In this document: piece by piece, positions 38,701-53,700 of the stretch
How positions within the stretch are numbered: position 1 is the first letter of the stretch
How the letters are laid out: each line of letters begins with the position of its first letter
Assembly (NCBI GenBank): GCA_964016885.1
Contig: OZ024741.1
Coordinates: 195,176,001 to 195,240,000 of the forward strand
DNA length: 64,000 nucleotides
Direction: 5' to 3'
Source of the DNA: Eledone cirrhosa
Lineage: Eukaryota
Notes under the pieces: generated by a model
What the model was told of the DNA's origin: nothing
What the model saw: only the letters and a program-made list of their open reading frames with translations
Database searches by the model: none
Program-made: the position numbers and the translations under genes

Positions 38701-41700
38701 CTGTGGCTGTTCTTATTGATGCTGTTGCTATTGCTGCTGCTGTTGTTGTTATAGTTGTTGTTATAGCTGTGGCTGTTCTTATTGATGTTGTTGCTGTTGC
38801 TGCTGTTGTTGTTATAGTTGTTGTTATAGCTGTGGCTGTTCTTATTGATGTTGTTGCTATTGCTGCTGTTGTTGTTATAGTTGTTGTTATAGCTGTGGAT
38901 GTTCTTATTGATGTTGTTGCTATTGCTGCTGTTGTTGTTATAGTTGTTGTTATAGCTGTGGCCGTTCTTATTGATGCTGTTGCTATTGCTGCTGCTGTTG
39001 TTAAAGTTGTTGTTATAGCTGCGGCTGTTCTTATTGATGTTGTTGCTATTGCTGCTGTTGTTGTTATAGTTGTTGCTATAGCTGTGGCTGTTCTTATTGA
39101 TGTTGTTGCTATTGCTGCTGTTGTTGTTATAGTTGTTGTTATAGCTGTGGCTGTTCTTATTGATGTTGTTGCTATTGACGCTGTTGTTGTTATAGTTGTT
39201 CTTATAGCTGTGGTTGTTCTTATTGATGTTGTTGCTATTGCTGTTGTTGTTGTTATAGTTGTTGTTATAGCTGTGGCTGTTCTTATTGATGCTGTTGCTA
39301 TTGCTGCTGCTGTTGTTGTTATAGTTGTTGTTATAGCTGTGGTTGTTCTTATTGATGTTATTGCTATTGCTGCTGTTGTTGTTATAGTTGTTGTTATAGA
39401 TGTGGCTGTTCTTATTGATGCTGTTGCTATTGCTGCTGCTGTTGTTGTTATAGTTGTTGTTATAGTTGTTGTTATAGCTGTGGCTGTTCTTATTGATGTT
39501 GTTACTATTGCTGCTGTTGTTGTTATAGTTTTTGTTATAGCTGTGGCTGTTCTTGTTGATGTTGTTGCTATTGCTGCTGTTGTTGTTATAGCTGTGGCTG
39601 TTCTTATTGATGTTGTTGCTATTGCTACTGTTGTTGTTATAGTTGTTGTTATAACTGTGGCTGTTCTTATTGATGGTATGGTATTGCTGCTGTTGTTGTT
39701 ATAGTTGTTGTTATAGCTGTGGCTGTTCTTATTGATGTTGTTGCTATTGCTGCTGTTGTTTTTAAAGTTGTTGTTATAGCAATGGCTGTTCTTATTGAAG
39801 TTGTTGCTATTGCTGCTGTTGTGTTATAGTTGTTGTTATAGCTGTGGCTGCTCTTATTGATGCTGTTGCTATTGCTGCTGTTGTTGTTGTTGTTGTTGTT
39901 GTTAAAGCTGTGGCTGTTCTTATTGATGTTGTTTCTATTGCTGCTGTTGTTGTTATAGTTGTTGTTATAGCTGTGGCTGTTCTTGTTGATGTTGTTGCTA
40001 TTGCTGCTGTTGTTGTTATAGCTGTGGCTGTTCTTATTGATGTTGTTGCTATTGCTGCTGTTGTGTTATAGTTGTTGTTATAACTGTGGCTTTTCTTATT
40101 GATGCTGTTGCTATTGCTGCTGTTGTTGTTATAGTTGTTGTTATAGCTGTGGCTGTTCTTATTGATGCTGTTGCTTTAGCTGCTGTTGTTGTTATAGTTG
40201 TTGTTATAGCTGTGGTTGTTCTTATTGATGCAGTTGCTATTGCTGCTGCTGTTGTTGTTGTTGTTGTTGTTATAGCTGTGGCTGTTCTTATTGATGTTGT
40301 TGCTATTGCTGCTGTTGTTGTTAAAGTTGTTGTTATAGCTGTGGCTGTTCTTATTGATGTTGTTGCTATTGTTGCTGCTGTTGTTATAGCTGTTGTTATA
40401 GCTGTGGCTGTTCTTATTGATGTTGTTGCTATTGCTGCTGTTGTTGTTATAGTTGTTGTTATAGCTGTGGCTGTTCTTATTGCTGCTGTTGTTGTTATAG
40501 TTGTTGTTATAGCTGAGGCTGTACTTATTGATGTTGTTGCTATTGCTGCAGTTGTTGTTATAGTTGTTGTTATAGCTGTGGCTGTTCTTGTTGATGTTGT
40601 TGCTATTGCTGCTGTTGTTGTTATAGTTGTTGTTATAGCTGTGGCTGTTCTTATTGATGCTGTTGCTATTGCTGCTGTTGTTGTTATAGTTGTTGTTATA
40701 GCTGTGGCTGTTCTTATTGATGCTATTGCTATTGCTGCTGTTGTTGGTATAGTTGTTGTTATAGCTGTGGCTGTTCTTATTGATGATGTTGCTATTGCTT
40801 CTGTTGTTGTTATAGTTGTTGTTATAGCTGTGGCAGTTCTTATTGATGTTGTCGCTATTGCTGCTGTTGTTGTTACTGTTGTTGTTATAGCTGTGGCTGT
40901 TCTTATTGATGTTGTTGCTATTGTTGCTGCTGTTGTTATAGCTGTTGTTATAGCTGTGGCTGTTCTTATTGATGTTGTTGCTATTGCTGCTGTTGTTGTT
41001 ATAGTTGTTGTTATAGCTGTGGCTGTTCTTATTGCTGCTGTTGTTGTTATAGTTGTTGTTATAGCTGAGGCTGTACTTATTGATGTTGTTGCTATTGCTG
41101 CAGTTGTTGTTATAGTTGTTGTTATAGCTGTGGCTGTTCTTGTTGATGTTGTTGCTATTGCTGCTGTTGTTGTTATAGTTGTTGTTATAGCTGTGGCTGT
41201 TCTTATTGATGTTGTTGCTATTGCTGCTATTGTTGTTATAGTTGTTGTTATAGCTGTGGCTGTTCTTGTTGATGCTGTTGCTATTGCTGCTGTTGTTGTT
41301 ATAGTTGTTGTTATAGCTGTGGCTGTTCTTATTGATGTTGTTGCTATTGCTGCTGTTGTTATTATAGTTGTTGTTATAGCTGTGGCTGTTCTTATTGCTG
41401 CTGTTGCTATTGCTGCTGTTCTGTTATATTTGTTGTTATAGCTGTGGCTGTTCTTGTTGATGTTGTTGCTATTGCTGCTGTTGTTGTTATAGTTGTTGTT
41501 ATAGCTGTGGCTGTTCTTATTGCTGCTGTTGCTATTGCTGCTGTTGTCGTTATAGTTGTCGTTATAGATGTGCTTGTTCCTATTGATGTTGTTGCTATTG
41601 CTGCTGTGTTGTTATAGTTGTTGTTATGGCTGTGGCTGTTCTTATTGCTGTCGTTGCTATTGCTGCTGTTGTTGTTATTGTTGTTGTTATAGCTGTGGCT

Positions 41701-44700
41701 GTTCTTATTGCTGCTGTTGCTATTGCTGCTGTTATTGTTATAATTGTTGTTATAGCTGTGGCTGTTCGTATTGATGCTGTTGCTATTGCTGCTGTTGATG
41801 TTATAGTTGTTGTTATAACTGTGGCTGTCCTTATTGATGTTGTTGCTATTGCTGCTGTTCTTGTTATTGTTGTTATAGCTGTGGCTCTTCTTATTGATGT
41901 TGTTGCTATTGCTGCTGTTGGTGTTATAGTTGTTGTTATAGCTGTGGCTGTTCTTATTGATGTTGTTGCTATTGCTGCTGTTGTTATAGTTGTTGTTATA
42001 TCTGTGACTGTTCTTATTGATGTTGTTGCTATTGCTGCTGTTGTTGTTATAGTTGTTGTTATAGCTGTGGCTGTTCTTGTTGATGCTGTTGCTATTGCTG
42101 ATGTTGTGTTATAGTTGTTGATATAGCTGTGGCTGTTCGTATTGATGTTGTTGCTATTTATGCTGTTGTTGTTATAGTTGTTGTTATAGCTGTGGCTGTT
42201 CTTATTAATGCTGTTGCTATTGTTGCTGTTGTTGTTATAGTTGTTGTTATAGCTGTGTCTGTTCTTGTTGATGTTGTTGCTATTGCTGCTGTTGTTGTTA
42301 TAGCTGTGGCTGTTCTTATTGATGTTGTTGCTATTGCTGCTGTTGTTGTTATAGTTGTTGTTATAGCTGTGGCTGTTCTTATTGATATTGTTGCTATTGC
42401 TGCTGTTGTTGTTATAGTTGTTGTTATAGCTGTGGCTGTTCTTATTGATGCTGTTGCTATTGCTGCTGTTGTTGGTATAGTTGTTGTTATAGCTATGGCT
42501 GTTCTTGTTGATGCTGTTGCTATTGCTGCTGTTGTGTTATAGTTGTTGATATAGCTGTGGCTGTTCGTATTGATGTTGTTGCTATTGCTGCTGTTGTTGT
42601 TATAGTTTTTGTTATATCTGTGGCTGTTCTTATTGCTGCCGTTGCTATTGCTGTTGTTGTTGTTATAGTTGTTATTATAGCTGTGGCTGTTCTTATTGCT
42701 GCCGTTGCTATTGCTGCTGTTGTTGTTTTAGTTGTTGTTATAGCTGTGGCTGTTCTTATTGATGCTGTTGGTATTGCTGCTGTTCTTGTTATAGTTGTTG
42801 TTATAGCTGTGGCTGTTCTTATTGATGCTGTTGCTATTGCTGCTGTTGTTGTTATAGTTGTTGTTATAGCTGTGTCTGTTCTTGTTGATGTTGTTGCTAT
42901 TGCTACTGTTGTTGTTATTGCCGTGGCTGTTCTTATTGATGTTGTTGCTATTGCTGCTGTTGTTGTTATAGTTGTTGTTATAACTGTGGCTGTTCTTATT
43001 GATGGCATGGTATTGCTGCTGTTGTTGTTATAGTTGTTGTTATAGCTGTGGCTGTTCTTATTGATGTTGTTGCTATTGCTGCTGTTGTTTTTAAAGTTGT
43101 TGTTATAGCAATGGCTGTTCTTATTGAAGTTGTTGCTATTGCTGCTGTTGTGTTATAGTTGTTGTTATAGCTGTGGCTGCTCTTATTGATGCTGTTGCTA
43201 TTGCTGCTGTTGTTGTTGTTGTTGTTGTTAAAGCTGTGGCTGTTCTTATTGATGTTGTTTCTATTGCTGCTGCTGTTGTTATAGTTGTTGTTATAGCTGT
43301 GGCTGTTCTTGTTGATGTTGTTGCTATTGCTGCTGTTGTTGTTATAGCTGTGGCTGTTCTTATTGTTGTTGTTGCTATTGCTGCTGTTGTGTTATAGTTG
43401 TTGTTATAACTGTGGCTGTTCTTATTGATGCTGTTGCTATTGCTGCTGTTGTTGTTATAGTTGTTGTTATAGCTGTGGCTGTTCTTATTGATGCTGTTGC
43501 TTTAGCTGCTGTTGTTGTTATAGTTGTTGTTATAGCTGTGGTTGTTCTTATTGATGCAGTTGCTATTGCTGCTGCTGTTGTTGTTGTTGTTGTTGTTATA
43601 GCTGTGGCTGTTCTTATTGATGTTGTTGCTATTGCTGCTGTTGTTAAAGTTGTTGTTATAGCTGTGGCTGTTCTTGTTGATGCTGTTGCTATTGCTGCTG
43701 TTGTTGTTATAGCTGTGGCTGTTCTTATTGATATTGTTGCTATTGCTGCTGTTGTTGTTATAGTTGTTGTTATAGCTGTGGCTGTTCTTATTGATGCTGT
43801 TGCTATTGCTGCTGTTGTTGGTATAGTTGTTGTTATAGCTGTGGCTGTTCTTATTGATGATGTTGCTATTGCTTCTGTTGTTGTTATAGTTGTTGTTATA
43901 GCTGTGGCTGTTCTTATTGATGTTGTCGCTATTGCTGCTGTTGTTGTTACTGTTGTTGTTATAGCTGTGGCTGTTCTTATTGATGTTGTTGCTATTGTTG
44001 CTGCTGTTGTTATAGCTGTTGTTATAGCTATGGCTGTTCTTATTGATGTTGTTGCTATTGCTGCTGTTGTTGTTATAGTTGTTGTTATAGCTGTGGCTGT
44101 TCTTATTGCTGCTTTTGTTGTTATAGTTGTTGTTATAGCTGAGGCTGTACTTATTGATGTTGTTGCTATTGCTGCAGTTGTTGTTATAGTTGTTGTTATA
44201 GCTGTGGCTGTTCTTGTTGATGTTGTTGCTATTGCTGCTGTTGTTGTTATAGTTGTTGTTATAGCTGTGGCTGTTCTTATTGATGTTGTTGCTATTGCTG
44301 CTATTGTTGTTATAGTTGTTGTTATAGCTGTGGCTGTTCTTGTTGATGCTGTTGCTATTGCTGCTGTTGTTGTTATAGTTGTTGTTATAGCTGTGGCTGT
44401 TCTTATTGATGTTGTTGCTATTGCTGCTGTTGATATTATAGTTGTTGTTATAGCTGTGGCTGTTCTTATTGCTGCTGTTGCTATTGCTGCTGTTCTGTTA
44501 TATTTGTTGTTATAGCTGTGGCTGTTCTTATTGATTCTGTTGCTATTGCTGCTGTTGTTGTTATAGTTGTTGTTATAGCTGTGGCTGTTCTTATTGCTGC
44601 TGTTGCTATTGATGCTGTTGTCGTTATAGTTGTCGTTATAGATGTGCCTGTTCCTATTGATGTTGTTGCTATTGCTGCTGTGTTGTTATAGTTGTTGTTA

Positions 44701-47700
44701 TGGCTGTGGCTGTTCTTATTGCTGTCGTTGCTATTGCTGCTGTTGTTGTTATTGTTGTTGTTATAGCTGTGGCTGTTCTTATTGCTGCTGTTGCTATTGC
44801 TGCTGTTATTGTTATAATTGTTGTTATAGCTGTGGCTGTTCGTATTGATGCTGTTGCTATTGCTGCTGTTGATGTTATAGTTGTTGTTATAGCTGTGGCT
44901 GTTCTTATTGATGTTGTTGCTATTGCTGCTGTTGTTATAGTTGTTGTTATATCTGTGACTGTTCTTATTGATGTTGTTGCTATTGCTGCTGTTGTGTTAT
45001 AGTTGTTGTTATAGCTGTGGCTGTTCTTGTTGATGCTGTTGCTATTGCTGCTGTTGTGTTATAGTTGTTGATATAGCTGTGGCTGTTCGTATTGATGTTG
45101 TTGCTATTTATGCTGTTGTTGTTATAGTTGTTGTTATAGCTGTGGCTGTTCTTATTAATGCTGTTGCTATTGTTGCTGTTGTTGTTATAGTTGTTGTTAT
45201 AGCTGTGTCTGTTCTTGTTGATGTTGTTGCTATTGCTGCTGTTGTTGTTATAGCTGTGGCTGTTCTTATTGATGTTGTTGCTATTGCTGCTGTTGTTGTT
45301 ATAGTTGTTGTTATAGCTGTGGCTGTTCTTATTGATATTGTTGCTATTGCTGCTGTTGTTGTTATAGTTGTTGTTATAGCTGTGGCTGTTCTTATTGATG
45401 CTGTTGCTATTGCTGCTGTTGTTGGTATAGTTGTTGTTATACCTATGGCTGTTCTTGTTGATGCTGTTGCTATTGCTGCTGTTGTGTTATAGTTGTTAAT
45501 ATAGCTGTGGCTGTTCGTATTGATGTTGTTGCTATTGCTGCTGTTGTTGTTATAGTTTTTGTTATATCTGTGGCTGTTCTTATTGCTGCCGTTGCTATTG
45601 CTGTTGTTGTTGTTATAGTTGTTATTATAGCTGTGGCTGTTCTTATTGCTGCCGTTGCTATTGCTGCTGTTGTTGTTTTAGTTGTTGTTATAGCTGTGGC
45701 TGTTCTTATTGATGCTGTTGGTATTGCTGCTGTTCTTGTTATAGTTGTTGTTATAGCTGTGGCTGTTCTTATTGATGCTGTTGCTATTGCTGCTGTTGTT
45801 GTTATAGTTGTTGTTATAGCTGTGTCTGTTCTTGTTGATGTTGTTGCTATTGCTACTGTTGTTGTTATTGCTGTGGCTGTTCTTATTGATGTTGTTGCTA
45901 TTGCTGCTGTTGTTGTTATAGTTGTTGTTATAGTCCTGGCTGTTCTTATTAATGTTGTTGCTATTGCTGCTGTTGCTGTTATAACTGTGGCTGTTCTTAT
46001 TGATGTTGTTGCTATTGCTGCTGTTGCTGTTATAGTTGTTGTTATAACTGTGGCTGTTCTTATTGATGGTATGGTATTGCTGCTGTTGTTGTTATAGGTG
46101 TTGTTATAGCTGTGGCTGTTCTTATTGATGTTGTTGCTATTGCTGCTGTTGTTTTTAAAGTTGTTGTTATAGCTGTGGCTGTTCTTATTGATGTTGTTGC
46201 TATTGCTGCTGTTGTTGTTATATTTGTTGTTATAGCTGTGGCTGCTCTTATTGATGCTGTTGCTTTTGCTGCTGTTGTTGTTGTTGTTGTTATAGCTGTG
46301 GCTGTTCTTATTGATGTTGTTGCTATTGCTGCTGTTGTTGTTATAGTTGTTGTTCTAGCTGTGGCTGTTCTTGTTGATGTTGTTGCTATTGCTGCTGTTG
46401 TTGTTATAGCTGTGGCTGTTCTTATTGATGTTGTTGCTATTGCTGCTGTTGTGTTATAGCTGTGGCTGTTCTTATTGATGTTGTTGCTATTGCTGCTGTT
46501 GTGTTATAGTTGTTGTTATAACTGTGGCTGTTCTTATTGATGCTGTTGCTATTGCTGCTGTTGTTGTTATAGTTGTTGTTATAGCTGTGGCTGTTCTTAT
46601 TGATGCTGTTGCTATAGCTGCTGTTGTTCTTATAGTTTTTGTTATAGCTGTGGTTGTTCTTATTGATGCAGTTGCTATTGCTGCTGCTGATGTTGTTGTT
46701 GTTCTTGTTGTTATAGCTGTGGCTGTTCTTGTTGATGCTGTTGCTATTGCTGCTGTTGTTGTTATAGTTGTTGTTATAGCTGTGGCTGTTCTTATTGATA
46801 TTGTTGCTATTGCTGCTGTTGTTGTTATAGTTGTTGTTATAGCTGTGGCTGTTCTTATTGATGCTGTTGCTATTGCTGCTGTTGTTGGCATAGTTGTTGT
46901 TATAGCTGTGGCTGTTCTTATTGATGATGTTGCTATTGCTGCTGTTGTTGTTATAGTTGTTGTTATAGCTGTGGCTGTTCTTATTGATGTTGTCGCTATT
47001 GCTGCTGTTGTTGTTACTGTTGTTGTTATAGCTGTGGCTGTTCTTATTGATGTTGTTGCTATTGCTGCTGCTGTTGTTATAGCTGTTGTTATAGATGTGG
47101 CTGTTCTTATTGATGTTGTTGCTATTGCTGCTGTTGTTTTTATAGTTGTTGTTATAGCTGTGGCTGTTCTTATTGCTGCTGTTGTTGTTATAGTTGTTGT
47201 TATAGCTGTGGCTGTACTTATTGATGTTGTTGCTATTGCTGCTGTTGTTGTTGTAGTTGTTGTTATAGCTGTGGCTGTTCTTGTTGACGTTGTTGCTATT
47301 GCTGCTGTTGTTATAGTTGTTGTTATAGCTGTGGCTGTTCTTATTGATGTTGTTGCTATTGCTGCTATTGTTTTTATAGTTGTTGTTATAGCTGTGGCTG
47401 TTCTTGTTGATGCTGTTGCTATTGCTGCTGTTGTTGTTATAGTTGTTGTTATAGCTGTGGCTGTTCTTATTGATGTTGTTGCTATTGCTGCTGTTGTTGT
47501 TATAGTTGTTGTTATAGCTGTGGCTGTTCTTGTTGCTGCTGTTGCTATTGCTGCTTTTGTGTTATATTTGTTGTTATAGCTGTGGCTGTTCTTATTGATT
47601 CTGTTGCTATTGCTGCTGTTGTTGTTATAGTTGTTGTTATAGCTGTGCCTGTTCTTATTGATGTTGTTGCTATTGCGGCTGTGTTGTTATAATTGTTGTT

Positions 47701-50700
47701 ATAGCTGTGGCTGTTACTATTGATGCTGTTGTTGTTATTGTTGTTGTTATAGCTGTGGCTGTTCTTATTGCTGCTGTTGCTATTGCTGCTGTTTTTGTTA
47801 TAATTGTTGTTATAGCTGTGGCTGTTCTTCTTGCTGCTGTTGCTATTGCTGCTGTTGTTGTTATAGTTGTTGTTATAGCTGTGGCTCTTCTTATTGATGC
47901 TGTTGCTATTGCTGCTGTTGTTGTTATAGTTGTTGTTATAGCTGTGGCTGTTCTTATTGATGCTGTTGCTATTGCTGCTGTTGATGTTATAGTTGTTGTT
48001 ATAACTGTGGCTGTTCTTATTGATGTTGTTGCTATTGCTGCTGTTCTTGTTATAGTTGTTGTTATAGCTATGGCTGTTCTTGTTGATGCTGTTGCTATTG
48101 CTGCTGTTGTGTTATAGTTGTTGATATAGCTGTGGCTGTTCATATTGATGTTGTTGCTATTGCTGCTATTGTTGTTATAGTTTTTGTCATATCTGTGGCT
48201 GTTCTTATTGCTGCCGTTGCTAATGCTGTTGTTGTTGTTATAGTTGTTATTATAGCTGTGGGTGTCCTTATTGCTCCGTTGCTATTGCTGCTGTTGTTGT
48301 TTTAGTTGTTGTTATAGCTGTGGCTGTTGTTATTGATGCTGTTGGTATTGCTGCTGTTCTTGTTATAGTTGTTGTTATAGCTGTGGCTGTTCTTATTGAT
48401 GCTGTTGCTATTGCTGCTGTTGTTGTTATAGTTGTTGTTATAGCTGTGTCTGTTCTTGTTGATGTTGTTGCTATTGCTACTGTTGTTGTTATAGATGTGG
48501 CTGTTCTTTTTGATGTTGTTGCTATTGCTGCTGTTGTTGTTATAGTTGTTGTTATAGCTCTGGCTGTTCTTATTGATGTTGTTGTTATTGCTGCTGTTGC
48601 TGTTATAACTGTGGCTGTTCTTATTGATGTTGTTGCTATTGCTGCTGTTGCTGTTATAGTTGTTGTTATAACTGTGGCTGTTCTTATTGATGGTATGGTA
48701 TTGCTGCTGTTGTTGTTATAGTTGTTGTTATAGCTGTGGCTGTTCTTATTGATGTTGTTGCTATTGCTGCTGTTGTTGTTATAGTTGTTGTTATAGCTGT
48801 GGCTGCTCTTATTGATGCTGTTGCTTTTGCTGCTGTTGTTGTTGTTGTTGTTGTTGTTATAGCTGTGGCTGTTCTTATTGATGTTGTTGCTATTGCTGCT
48901 GTTGTGTTATAGCTGTGGCTGTTCTTATTGATGTTGTTGCTATTGCTGCTGGTGTGTTATGGTTGTTGTTATAACTGTGGCTGTTCTTATTGATGCTGTT
49001 GCTATTGCTGCTGTTGTTGTTATAGTTGTTGTTATAGCTGTGGCTGTTCTTATTGATGCTGTTGCTATAGCTGCTGTTGTTGTTAAAGTTTTTGTTATAG
49101 CTGTGGTTGTTCTTATTGATGCAGTTGCTATTGCTGCTGCTGCTGTTGTTGTTGTTGTTGTTGTTATAGCTGTGGCTGTTCTTATTGATGCTGTTGCTAC
49201 TGCTGCTGTTGTTGGTATAGTTGTTGTTATAGCTGTGGCTGTTCTTATTGATGATGTTGCTATTGCTGCTGTTGTTGTTATAGTTGTTGTTATAGCTGTG
49301 GCTGTTCTTATTGATGTTGTCGCTATTGCTGCTGTTGTTGTTACTGTTGTTGTTATAGCTGTGGCTGTTCTTATTGATGTTGTCGCTATTGCTGCTGTTG
49401 TTGTTACTGTTGTTGTTATAGCTGTGGCTGTTCTTATTGATGTTGTTGCTATTGCTGCTGCTGTTGTTATAGCTGTTGTTATAGCTGTGGCTGTTCTTAT
49501 TGATGTTGTTGCTATTGCTGCTGTTGTTGTTATAGTTGTTGTTATAGCTGTGGCTGTTCTTATTGCTGCTATTTTTGTTATAGTTGTTGTTATAGCTGTG
49601 GCTGTTCTTATTGATATTGTTGCTATTGCTGCTGTTGTTGTTATAGTTGTTGTTATAGCTGTGGCTGTTCTTATTGATGCTGTTGCTACTGCTGCTGTTG
49701 TTGGTATAGTTGTTGTTATAGCTGTGGCTGTTCTTATTGATGATGTTGCTATTGCTGCTGTTGTTGTTATAGTTGTTGTTATAGCTGTGGCTGTTCTTAT
49801 TGATGTTGTCGCTATTGCTGCTGTTGTTGTTACTGTTGTTGTTATAGCTGTGGCTGTTCTTATTGATGTTGTTGCTATTGCTGCTGTTGTTGTTATAGTT
49901 GTTGTTATAGCTGTGGCTGTTCTTATTGCTGCTATTTTTGTTATAGTTGTTGTTATAGCTGTGGCTGTACTTATTGATGTTGTTGCTATTGCTGCTGTTG
50001 TTGTTATAGTTGTTGTTATAGCTGTGGCTGTTCTTGTTGAGGTTGTTGCTATTGCTGCTGTTGTTATAGTTGTTGTTATTGCTGTGGCTGTTCTTATTGA
50101 TGTTGTTGCTATTGCTGCTGTGTTGTTATAGTTGTTGTTATAGCTGTGGCTGTTGTTATTGATGCTGTTGCTATTGCTGCTGTTGATGTTATAGTTGTTG
50201 TTATAACTGTGGCTGTTCTTATTGATATTGTTGCTATTGCTGCTGTTCTTGTTATAGTTGTTATAGCTGTGGCTGTTCTTATTGATGTTGTTGTTATTGC
50301 TGATGTTGTTGTTATTGTTGTTGTTATAGCTGTGGCTGTTACTATTGATGCTGTTGTGGTTATTGTTGTTGTTATAGCTGTGGCTGTTCTTATTGCTGCT
50401 GTTGCTATTGCTGCTGTTGTTGTTATAATTGTTGTTATAGCTGTGGCTGTTCTTATTGCTGCTGTTGCTATTGCTGCTGTTGTTGTTATAGTTGTTGTTA
50501 TAGCTGTGGCTCTTCTTATTGATGCTGTTGCTATTGCTGCTGTTGTTGTTATAGTTGTTGTTATAGCTGTGACTGTTGTTATTGATGCTGTTGCTATTGC
50601 TGCTGTTGATGTTATAGTTGTTGTTATAACTGTGGCTGTTCTTATTGATGTTGTTGCTATTGCTGCTGTTCTTGTTATAGTTGTTATAGCTGTGGCTGTT

Positions 50701-53700
50701 CTTATTGATGTTGTTGTTATTACTGATGTTGTTATAGTTGTTGTTATAGCTGTGGCTGTTCTTATTGATGTTGTTGCTATTGCTGCTGTTGTTATAGTTG
50801 TTGTTATAGCTGTGGCTGTTCTTATTGATGTTGTTGCTATTGCTGCTGTTCTTGTTATAGTTGTTGTTATAGCTGTGGCTGTTCTTGTTGATGCTGTTGC
50901 TATTGCTGCTGTTGTGTTATAGTTGTTGATATAGCTGTGGCTGTTCGTATTGATGTTGTTGCTATTGCTGCTGTTGTTGTTATAGTTGTTGTTATAGCTG
51001 TGGCTGTTCTTATTGCTACCGTTGTTATTGCTGCTGTTGTTGTTATAGTTGTTGTTATAGCTGTGGCTGTTCTTATTGATGCTGTTGGTATTGCTGCTGT
51101 TGTTGTTATAGTTGTTGTTATAGCTGTGGCTGTTCTTATTGATGCTGTTGCTATTGCTGCTGTTGTTGTTATAGTTGTTGTTATAGCTGTGTCTGTTCTT
51201 GTTGATGTTGTTGCTATTGCTGCTGTTGTTGTTATAGCTGTGGCTGTTCTTATTGATGTTGTTGCTATTGCTGCTGTTGTTGTTATAGTTGTTGTTATAG
51301 CTCTGGCTGTTCTTATTGTTGTTGTTGCTATTGCTGCTGTTGCTGTTATAACTGTGGCTGTTCTTATTGATGGTGTTGCTATTGCTGCTGTTGTTGTTAT
51401 AGTTGTTGTTATAGCTGTGGCTGTTCTTATTGATATTGTTGCTATTGCTGCTGTTGTTTTTAATGTTGTTGTTATAGCTGTGGCTGTTCTTAATGATGTT
51501 GTTGCTATTGCTGCTGTTGTGTTATAGTTGTTGTTATAGCTGTGGCTGCTCTTATTGATGCTGTTGCTATTGCTGCTGCTGTTGTTGTTGTTGTTTTTGT
51601 TGTTGTTATAGCTGTGGCTGTTCTTATTGTGGTGTTTCTATTGCTGCTGTTGTTGTTATAGTTGTTGTTATAGCTCTGGCTGTTCTTATTGATGTTGTTG
51701 TTATTGCTGCTGTTGCTGTTATAACTGTGGCTGTTCTTATTGATGTTGTTGCTATTGCTGCTGTTGCTGTTATAGTTGTTGTTATAACTGTGGCTGTTCT
51801 TATTGATGGTATGGTATTGCTGCTGTTGTTGTTATAGTTGTTGTTATAGCTGTGGCTGTTCTTATTGATGTTGTTGCTATTGCTGCTGTTGTTGTTATAG
51901 TTGTTGTTATAGCTGTGGCTGCTCTTATTGATGCTGTTGCTTTTGCTGTTGTTGTTGTTGTTGTTGTTGTTATAGCTGTGGCTGTTCTTATTGATGTTGT
52001 TGCTATTGCTGCTGTTGTTGTTATAGTTGTTGTTCTAGCTGTGGCTGTTCTTGTTGATATTGTTGCTATTGCTGCTGTTGTTGTTATAGCTGTGGCTGTT
52101 CTTATTGATGTTGTTGCTATTGCTGCTGTTGTGTTATAGCTGTGGCTGTTCTTATTGATGTTGTTGCTATTGCTGCTGGTGTGTTATAGTTGTTGTTATA
52201 ACTGTGGCTGTTCTTATTGATGCTGTTGCTATTGCTGCTGTTGTTGTTATAGTTGTTGTTATAGCTGTGGCTGTTCTTATTGATGCTGTTGCTATAGCTG
52301 CTGTTGTTGTTATAGTTTTTGTTATAGCTGTGGTTGTTCTTATTGATGCAGTTGCTATTGCTGCTGCTGCTGTTGTTGTTGTTGTTGTTGTTGTTATAGC
52401 TGTGGCTGTTCTTATTGATGTTGTCGCTATTGCTGCTGATGTTGTTACAGTTGTTGTTATAGCTGTGGCTGTTCTTGTTGATGCTGTTGCTATTGCTGCT
52501 GTTGTTGTTATAGTTGTTGTTATAGCTGTGGCTGTTCTTATTGATATTGTTGCTATTGCTGCTGTTGTTGTTATAGTTGTTGTTATAGCTGTGGCTGTTC
52601 TTATTGATGCTGTTGCTACTGCTGCTGTTGTTGGTATAGTTGTTGTTATAGCTGTGGCTGTTCTTATTGATGATGTTGCTATTGCTGCTGTTGTTGTTAT
52701 AGTTGTTGTTATAGCTGTGGCTGTTCTTATTGATGTTGTCGCTATTGCTGCTGTTGTTGTTACTGTTGTTGTTATAGCTGTGGCTGTTCTTATTGATGTT
52801 GTTGCTATTGCTGCTGCTGTTGTTATAGCTGTTGTTATAGCTGTGGCTGTTCTTATTGATGTTGTTGCTATTGCTGCTGTTGTTGTTATAGTTGTTGTTA
52901 TAGCTGTGGCTGTTCTTATTGCTGCTATTTTTGTTATAGTTGTTGTTATAGCTGTGGCTGTACTTATTGATGTTGTTGCTATTGCTGCTGTTGTTGTTAT
53001 AGTTGTTGTTATAGCTGTGGCTGTTCTTGTTGAGGTTGTTGCTATTGCTGCTGTTGTTATAGTTGTTGTTATAGCTGTGGCTGTTCTTATTGATGTTGTT
53101 GCTATTGCTGCTGTTGTTGTTATAGCTGTGGCTGTTCTTATTGATGTTGTTGCTATTGCTGCTGTTGTGTTATAGCTGTGGCTGTTCTTATTGATGTTGT
53201 TGCTATTGCTGCTGGTGTGTTATAGTTGTTGTTATAACTGTGGCTGTTTTTATTGATGCTGTTGCTATTGCTGCTGTTGTTGTTATAGTTGTTGTTATAG
53301 CTGTGGCTGTTCTTATTGATGCTGTTGCTATAGCTGCTGTTGTTGTTATAGTTTTTGTTATAGCTGTGGTTGTTCTTATTGATGCAGTTGCTATTGCTGC
53401 TGCTGCTGTTGTTGTTGTTGTCGTTGTTATAGCTGTGGCTGTTCTTATTGATGTTGTCGCTATTGCTGCTGATGTTGTTACAGTTGTTGTTATAGCTGTG
53501 GCTGTACTTGTTGATGCTGTTGCTATTGCTGCTGTTGTTGTTATAGTTGTTGTTATAGCTGTGGCTGTTCTTATTGATATTGTTGCTATTGCTGCTGTTG
53601 TTGTTATAGTTGTTGTTATAGCTGTGGCTGTTCTTATTGATGCTGTTGCTATTGCTGCTGTTGTTGGTATAGTTGTTGTTATAGCTGTGGCTGTTCTTAT

